Below, piece after piece: positions 26,931 through 32,000 of a DNA stretch of 32,000 nucleotides (position 1 is the stretch's first letter; each line of letters opens with the position of its first letter). Under the pieces are notes generated by a model, which did not search any database, was not told where the DNA came from, and worked only from the letters and a program-made list of their open reading frames with translations. Origin of the DNA: Phycisphaera mikurensis NBRC 102666 (GTDB taxonomy: Bacteria; Planctomycetota; Phycisphaerae; Phycisphaerales; Phycisphaeraceae). The stretch is from positions 810,001-842,000 of the forward strand of contig NC_017080.1 of the NCBI RefSeq assembly GCF_000284115.1, in the 5' to 3' direction. The translations under genes and the position numbers were made by a program.

Positions 26931-28679
26931 CTACCCCTCGTCTTTCTTCCGGTCGGTCAGGAAGGCCGTCGCGCCGAGCAGGAAGGCGAGGCCGAGCAGG
27001 CCCGCGGCGAACATGAGCCACGAGAGCAGGGGCAGCTCCAGGAGCATCGGGCCGGGGTGGCGGACGTTCATGATCAGCGCGCCGGCGACGAAGAAGCTCG
27101 CCACCATGACGCCGTGGGAGATGCGGTTGGCGATCTTCTCGAAGCCGGCGATCAGGCGGTTCTCGTCGATCGCGTCGATCTTGATGCCGCGGTCCTCGCG
27201 GGAGAGGTTCTCCAGCAGGCGGTCGAGCCGCGCAGGCATCACCTCCAGGAAGCGCTTCACGCCGAGGCCCTGCGCGATGAGGTCCGTCGGCGCCAGCGCC
27301 TTCGAGGTCGCCATCACCACCAGCGGCCAGGTGTGGGCGCGGATGGTGGCGGAGGGATCGAACCTCGGGTCGAGGCTCTGGCCGAGCTGGTCGAGATTCA
27401 GCAGCGTCTTGCCGATCGTCGTCAGCACCGGCGGGAGCGACACCCGCTCCTCCCCGCAGAGCCGGGCGATCTCGAGCACGACCTCGCCGATGCGGAGGCC
27501 GTCGATGCGATCCTCGTGCTTCGCGAGCACGAGCCCGGAGATCTGCCGCTTGAAGGAAGCCTGATCGCAGCCCTTCCGCGCGGTGCCGATCTGCAGGGCG
27601 ACGTCGGCGACCTGCTCGCCGCGGCCGTCGACGATGCCGAGCACCAGCTGCAGCAGCCGCTCCCGCATCCGCGGATCCACGCGGCCGACCATGCCCAGGT
27701 CGAGCAGGACCAGGCGGTTCTCCCCGTCGAGCAGCACGTTGCCCGGGTGCGGGTCGCCGTGGAAGAAGCCCTCGACGAGGATGTGCTCGAGGTACTTCTT
27801 GAAGATGATCTGCGCAAGCTCGGGGCCGTCCACGGCCAACGCGTCGCCGGTCACCGCGACGCCCGCTCCGACCGGGCCTGCCCGCACCCCCACCGCCTCG
27901 AGCCGGCCACGCTTCTCCCGCTCGCCGGCGCGGAGCCGCTCCTTCGCGTCGGCCACCGAGTCGCCGGCGATGAACTCCATCGTCAGCACCCGCTCGCTCG
28001 AGAGATCGAGGTACGCCCGGGGCACCCGGATCTCGGGCGTGTCCTCGAGCAGCTCGCCCATCCGCTGGAGGTTCGCCGCCTCCTTGTTGAAGTCCAGCTC
28101 CAGCTCCAGCTGGCCGCGCGTGTGGTCGAGCATCACCTGCAGCTCGTACCGGGTGTGCGTCATCCCGTCGATCGTCTCGGCGACGTGCGCGAGCGCGTCG
28201 AAGTCCCGGGCGATCTGCTGCTTCGCCCGGGGGCGCTGGATCTTCACCGCCACCAGCTCGCCGGCGTGCGTCACCGCGCGGTGCACCTGGCTGATCGACG
28301 CCGAGCCCAGCGGCTCGTCGTCGAACTCCGCGAACACCTCGCTCGCCGGCTTGCCGAACGCCTCCTCGATGAGCTTGTGGATCGTCTCCGGCGGCAGCGG
28401 CTCCACGTGGTCCTGCAGCCGGGCCATCGCCTCCATGTACGGCGGCGGCAGCACGTTGAGCTGCGTGGAGAGGATCTGCCCGATCTTGATGTAGGTCGGA
28501 CCGAGCTTCTCCAGGTCCTTCGCGAGGTCGTCGGGCCCGGGCGCGTCGTCGTCGCGGACCTTCTCGACGAGCTTGCCGATGCCGATGGCGTCGAGCGCCT
28601 CGCGGTTGCCGTGCCGCCAGACGAGGCCGAGGATGTCGCGGTAGACCTTGAGGTTGGAGGGGGAGAGGGCGAGGGACAT
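26931..28679 (-). CDS. ABC1/UbiB-family protein kinase-like protein
   Basis: KLGPTYIKIGQILSTQLNVLPPPYMEAMARLQD, ASISQVHRAVTHAGELVAVKIQRP, GFFHGDPHPGNVLLDGENRLVLLDLGMVG; two C-terminal TM helices. Start chosen at MSLALSPSNLKVYR. Confidence 0.92.
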   Translation of the reverse strand: MSLALSPSNLKVYRDILGLVWRHGNREALDAIGIGKLVEKVRDDDAPGPDDLAKDLEKLGPTYIKIGQILSTQLNVLPPPYMEAMARLQDHVEPLPPETIHKLIEEAFGKPASEVFAEFDDEPLGSASISQVHRAVTHAGELVAVKIQRPRAKQQIARDFDALAHVAETIDGMTHTRYELQVMLDHTRGQLELELDFNKEAANLQRMGELLEDTPEIRVPRAYLDLSSERVLTMEFIAGDSVADAKERLRAGEREKRGRLEAVGVRAGPVGAGVAVTGDALAVDGPELAQIIFKKYLEHILVEGFFHGDPHPGNVLLDGENRLVLLDLGMVGRVDPRMRERLLQLVLGIVDGRGEQVADVALQIGTARKGCDQASFKRQISGLVLAKHEDRIDGLRIGEVVLEIARLCGEERVSLPPVLTTIGKTLLNLDQLGQSLDPRFDPSATIRAHTWPLVVMATSKALAPTDLIAQGLGVKRFLEVMPARLDRLLENLSREDRGIKIDAIDENRLIAGFEKIANRISHGVMVASFFVAGALIMNVRHPGPMLLELPLLSWLMFAAGLLGLAFLLGATAFLTDRKKDEG

Positions 28680-28717
28680 GGCTGCGCCAGGCAAGGGGCA
28701 AGGGGCAAGCGGGCAAG

Positions 28718-28860
28718 CGGGGAAGCGAAGAAGCGGGGAAGTCAGCAGGAGTGGGGCGGGAGCGGTCTTGGCTTCGGGCATGGGTCAGAAGCGTGGCGTC
28801 GCACTTGCTGACTTCTTCGCTTCCTCACTTCTCCGCTTCTTCGCTCGCTTCTTCGAGGCG
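28718..28860. repeat. GAAG-rich imperfect inverted repeat spanning the UbiB 5' flank to the aroC 3' end
   Basis: gaagtcagca (28738-28747) pairs with tgctgacttc (28806-28815); further cgaagaagcgg / ccgcttcttcg pairing. The right arm covers the last aroC codons. Confidence 0.65.
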
Positions 28861-29958
28861 TATCGCGTCGACCCCGCCCACCGCCCGCTGCCGCAACCAG
28901 GCATCCGCCAGCACCAACAACACCATCGCCTCGGCCATCGGGACGAAGCGCGGGAGGAGGCAGGGGTCGTGGCGGCCGCGGGTGGCCAGGGTGGTGGGGT
29001 TGCCGGCGCGGTCGACGGTGGGGCGGTCCTGGGGGATCGAGCTGGTGGGCTTGACGGCGCAGCGGAGCACGATCGGCATGCCGCTGGAGATGCCGCCGAG
29101 CATGCCGCCGTGCCGGTTGGTGAGCGTGTGGATGCCCCGCGGACCGTCGCTCGAAAACGTGTCGGAATGCTCCGATCCGCGGGCGGTGGCGACGCCGAAG
29201 CCCTGGCCGAACTCCACGCCCATCACCGCGGGCAGCGAGAACATCGCCTTGCCGAGGTCGGCCCGCAGCTTGTCGAACACCGGCTCGCCCCAACCCGCGG
29301 GCACGCCGGTGGCGACGAGGGTGGCGGAGCCGCCGATGGAGTCCTGGCTCTTCCGCACCTCCTTGATGCGGTGCTCCATCCGCTCGGCGGCGGCCGGATC
29401 GGGGCAGCGGACCGGGTTGGCCTCGACCTCTTCGAGCGTCCGGTCCGCGGGATCTCCCAAGTCGGCCACGACGTCGCCGACGCGGTCGACCATGCCCAGG
29501 ACGCGGACGCCGCAGGCGAGCGTCAGCAGCTTGCGGGCGATCGCTCCCGCGGCGACCCGCGCCGTCGTCTCGCGGGCGGAGCTGCGGCCGCCGCCGCGGA
29601 AGTCGCGGAAGCCGTACTTCGCGTCGAAGGTGTAGTCCGCGTGGCCGGGGCGGTACTTCTGGGCGATGTCGCCGTAGTCGCGGCTGCGCTGGTCCTGGTT
29701 GCGGATCAGGATCGCGATGGGCGTGCCGGTGGCTCGTCCCTCGAACACCCCCGAGAGGATCTCCGGCTCGTCGGCTTCGTTCCGAGGGGAGACGATCCGA
29801 GACTGCCCCGGCCGGCGCCGCAGCAGGTCCGGCACGAGGTCATCCACCGACAGCGGCAGCCCCGCGGGGCAGCCGTCGACGATCACCACGTTGCCGGGGC
29901 CGTGGGATTCACCCGCGGTGGTCACGCGGAACAGCGTTCCAAAGGTGCTTCCTGCCAT
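28825..29958 (-). CDS. aroC: chorismate synthase
   Basis: MAGSTFGTLFRVTTAGESHGPGNVVIVDGCPAG...RPGHADYTFDAKYGFRDFRGGGRSSARETTARVAAGAIA...ISSGMPIVLRCAVKPTSS. Confidence 0.97.
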   Translation of the reverse strand: MAGSTFGTLFRVTTAGESHGPGNVVIVDGCPAGLPLSVDDLVPDLLRRRPGQSRIVSPRNEADEPEILSGVFEGRATGTPIAILIRNQDQRSRDYGDIAQKYRPGHADYTFDAKYGFRDFRGGGRSSARETTARVAAGAIARKLLTLACGVRVLGMVDRVGDVVADLGDPADRTLEEVEANPVRCPDPAAAERMEHRIKEVRKSQDSIGGSATLVATGVPAGWGEPVFDKLRADLGKAMFSLPAVMGVEFGQGFGVATARGSEHSDTFSSDGPRGIHTLTNRHGGMLGGISSGMPIVLRCAVKPTSSIPQDRPTVDRAGNPTTLATRGRHDPCLLPRFVPMAEAMVLLVLADAWLRQRAVGGVDAIRLEEASEEAEK

Positions 29959-29986
29959 GCCGGGGCCGCCGACGGCGGGAGAACTA

Positions 29987-30073
29987 CGGAGAGGGTGGGA
30001 TTCGAACCCACGAACGGTGTGACCCGTTACAGGTTTTCGAAACCAGCGCCTTCAGCCACTCGGCCACCTCTCC
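29987..30073 (-). tRNA. tRNA-Ser (anticodon CGA)
   Basis: Reverse complement GGAGAGGTGGCCGAGTGGCTGAAGGCGCTGGTTTCGAAAACCTGTAACGGGTCACACCGTTCGTGGGTTCGAATCCCACCCTCTCCG. Acceptor stem GGAGAGG/CCTCTCC, long variable arm, T-arm GTGGGTTCGAATCCCAC, anticodon loop TTCGAAA. No encoded CCA. Confidence 0.95.
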
Positions 30074-30089
30074 TGGTGGGCCGGCAATA

Positions 30090-30124
30090 TAGAGCATCGT
30101 GCGCCATCTGCCGATCGGCCTGCG
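30090..30124. repeat. dispersed copy of the 26.8-kb palindrome end, upstream of tRNA-Ser
   Basis: tagagcatcgtgcgccatctgccgatcggcctgcg matches the reverse complement of 26813-26847 (tagagcatcgtgcgcaattttccgatcggcctgcg) at 32 of 35 positions. Confidence 0.8.
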
Positions 30125-30229
30125 CCCTCGGAGGCGGCCGGGACACGGCTCACGGTGCGTCAGCCCGCGCCGGCCGCCCCGCAGCGCCACCGCGGTCCTT
30201 GCCGGAGCGACCCGCGGAGAACCCCCGAT

Positions 30230-30275
30230 CCGCGGACCGAGAAGCCGTCCGCCCCCGGAGCCCCGCGGTCCGCGG
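30230..30275. repeat. 46-bp element copy 4: CCGCGGACCG-N26-CGGTCCGCGG
   Basis: Perfect 10-bp arms 30230-30239 and 30266-30275; spacer agaagccgtccgcccccggagccccg (26 nt). Sits 2 nt downstream of the PEGA lipoprotein stop (minus strand, 30278-30280). Confidence 0.85.
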
Positions 30276-30277
30276 CT

Positions 30278-30715
30278 TCAGCGATCGTGCATCGCCCGCT
30301 GCCGCAGCGCCCGCGCCCGCCCGAGCAGGGCGTCGGTCGAGGCGTCGCCCGCGTCGGGGCTCGGCTCCAGAGCGAAGCTCCAGTGCAGGTCGACGTCCGC
30401 CCCCACCGCCTCTCCGATCAGGTCCAGCGGCGGGAACTCCCAGAAGGGCGCGACCGCCCGGTGTTCCGTCCAGAGCGGCTCGAAGCCGTCGGCCCGCAGC
30501 CGCACGTCGTACACGCCGTAGTAGGTGAACGGGACGGTCACCGGCGTCCGCCCCACCTCCTGGTCGTTGAGGTGGACCAACGCCCCGCTGGGCTCGCTCT
30601 GGATCGTGACGAAGCGGTCGGTCCCGCAGCCCGACGAGGCGGACCACGCCCCGCCCACGAGCGCGAGCGACAGCAGCCGCTCCGCAGCCCCCATCTTGAA
30701 TCTCGTCTGCGGCAT
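30278..30715 (-). CDS. PEGA-domain putative lipoprotein
   Basis: MGAAERLLSLALVGGAWSASSGCGTDRFVTIQSEPSGALVHLNDQEVGRTPVTVPFTYYGVYDVRLRADGFEPL; lipobox-like SSGC and PEGA-like repeat. Confidence 0.82.
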   Translation of the reverse strand: MPQTRFKMGAAERLLSLALVGGAWSASSGCGTDRFVTIQSEPSGALVHLNDQEVGRTPVTVPFTYYGVYDVRLRADGFEPLWTEHRAVAPFWEFPPLDLIGEAVGADVDLHWSFALEPSPDAGDASTDALLGRARALRQRAMHDR

Positions 30716-30763
30716 CCCTGGCGCTCCGCGGTGCTCGGCAACCCCTCCCCGCGGGAAGATCCT

Positions 30764-31048
30764 CTAGAACGCCTCGGCGACCTCAGCCATCGCCGCGTCG
30801 ATCTTGCCGTCGAGGTGGGCACGCTGCCCGTCCTGCAGCCGCACGAGGTCGGCGTTGAGGCCCGCGGCGTCGGCCTGCCGGGCGGCGGCGTTGTTGAACT
30901 CCCAGCGGAACCAGCCCGTGGCGCCGGTGATCGTGATGATCAGCAGCAGCACGAAGAGGACCGTCACGAAGGTGATGATCCCGAAGTTCAGCTCGCGGGT
31001 CGTGCCCACGCCGGTCGCGGCGTGGGCGTCTGGGGTCTCAGTGTCCAT
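30764..31048 (-). CDS. small single-TM protein encoded downstream of and overlapping actF-like gene
   Basis: 94 aa with TM segment LNFGIITFVTVLFVLLLIITITGATGWF; overlaps the actF-like CDS end by 11 bp, suggesting translational coupling. Confidence 0.65.
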   Translation of the reverse strand: MDTETPDAHAATGVGTTRELNFGIITFVTVLFVLLLIITITGATGWFRWEFNNAAARQADAAGLNADLVRLQDGQRAHLDGKIDAAMAEVAEAF

Positions 31049-32000
31049 GGGCGGTGCCTCCGGCGGCGGGGTCGTGGGGGTGCTCCTCCACGCGGTGCAT
31101 CGGGGCCCACACGGAGGTGTCCAGCGCCAGGGCCTCGTGCATCCGCGGGTCGCGGTGGGCGACCAGCCGGTGGCGAGCGGCCTTGCGGAGGGCCGCGGCG
31201 ACGGTCAGCGCGAGCAGCCCCACCGCGACGAGCAGATCGATCGGCAGGAAGCCCAGGTCCATCCCCGGGCTGGTGAGAACGGGCATCGCCATCCAGTAGA
31301 AGTCGACGTAGACCATGACCAGCAGCCAGACGGCCATGATCGTCCGCGTCGTGGGGTTGCGCTTCGTCCACGCCGGCAGCAGGATGGCGAAGGGCACCAG
31401 CAGGTGCAGGAACAGCATTGAGAGGGCGATCCAGCTCCAGCCGCCGCCGTAGGTGCCGGCCCCGCCGTCGCTGGCGGTGCCCTGGACCGTCGTGATGCCC
31501 CGGAGCTCGAACCAGTAGGTGGTCTCCGGCAGCGAGGCGTACCAGATGAGCATGAACTGGCTGAAGCTGACGTAGCCCCAGAAGAACACGAAGGCGAAGA
31601 GCAGCTTGGTGAGGTCGTGGAAGTGGGCGGTCTTCACGTTCGGCAAGAAGCCCTGCTTCTTCAGGAAGGTGGCGAGCAGGATGATGACCGCCAGGCCCGC
31701 GGTGAAGGCGTCCGCGAAGAAGATGACGCCGAACATCGTCGAGAACATCACCGGGTCCAGGCCCAGCAACAGGTCCAGCGCGACGCCCATCGTCAGCAAC
31801 GCGAAGCAGATCACCGACACGGGCGCCCACCACTCGCGGCGGTTGGTGTGGGCCACGTCGCCGTCCTCATCCTGCGCCACCGACTTCCGCCAGAACCAGT
31901 AGCCGATCGCGCCCAGCACGCCGAAGTACAGGATCCAGCGGAGCACGAAGAACCACGGCTCGAACCACGGCTGCTTGAGCTCGGTGAAGTACTGCAGGGC
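31038..32000 (-). CDS. actF: quinol:cytochrome c oxidoreductase (alternative complex III) ActF-like subunit, C-terminal part; gene continues past window end
   Basis: Frame is open to the window edge (ALQYFTELKQPWFEPWFFVLRWILYFGVLG); FWGYVSFSQFMLIWYASLPETTYWF is characteristic of ActF/NrfD-like subunits. Confidence 0.82.
   Translation of the reverse strand, partial: ALQYFTELKQPWFEPWFFVLRWILYFGVLGAIGYWFWRKSVAQDEDGDVAHTNRREWWAPVSVICFALLTMGVALDLLLGLDPVMFSTMFGVIFFADAFTAGLAVIILLATFLKKQGFLPNVKTAHFHDLTKLLFAFVFFWGYVSFSQFMLIWYASLPETTYWFELRGITTVQGTASDGGAGTYGGGWSWIALSMLFLHLLVPFAILLPAWTKRNPTTRTIMAVWLLVMVYVDFYWMAMPVLTSPGMDLGFLPIDLLVAVGLLALTVAAALRKAARHRLVAHRDPRMHEALALDTSVWAPMHRVEEHPHDPAAGGTAHGH

Noticed and set aside
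29984-30190. 68-aa ORF ending GEVAEWLKALVSKTCNGSHRSWVRIPPSP
   Set aside because: This is the well-known spurious translation of a tRNA-Ser gene.

Overview
GC-rich chromosomal window (about 73-75% GC by eye) that looks like a planctomycete, probably of Phycisphaerae type (inference). It is mostly housekeeping genes: a 5' sulfatase fragment, a membrane sulfatase/phosphotransferase-like protein, polA, a pseudopilin, an orphan DppC-like permease, dapA, rsmD, a Uma2-family protein, a methyltransferase, a GT39-like membrane protein, rpsD, an HExxH protein, coaE, rho, ruvA, a stand-alone AICAR transformylase, an AEC transporter, a HAD phosphatase, a DNA pol III delta'-like protein, a TPR protein, an ABC1/UbiB kinase, aroC, tRNA-Ser(CGA), a PEGA lipoprotein and the end of an actF-like alternative complex III gene. 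I found no CRISPR array, transposase, toxin-antitoxin pair or defence island, and no multi-gene novel system. The signal worth following is in the intergenic DNA. (1) A family of 46-bp elements, CCGCGGACCG-N26-CGGTCCGCGG, occurs at least 4 times with exactly the same 26-nt spacer, and 3 of the 4 abut stop codons. (2) Two adjacent 145-170-bp full-length palindromes (MITE-like) lie after the TPR gene, with related fragments near 16.1 kb and 30.1 kb. (3) An 8-bp microsatellite, AAGAGACG/CGTCTCTT, forms inverted arrays at two loci, and a similar GAAG-rich inverted pair runs into the 3' end of aroC. (4) A 20-bp perfect inverted repeat lies between convergent genes at 20.4 kb. (5) The regions upstream of rpsD and rho are highly structured. 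Most long ORFs on the opposite strand of real genes are GC-codon mirror artefacts.
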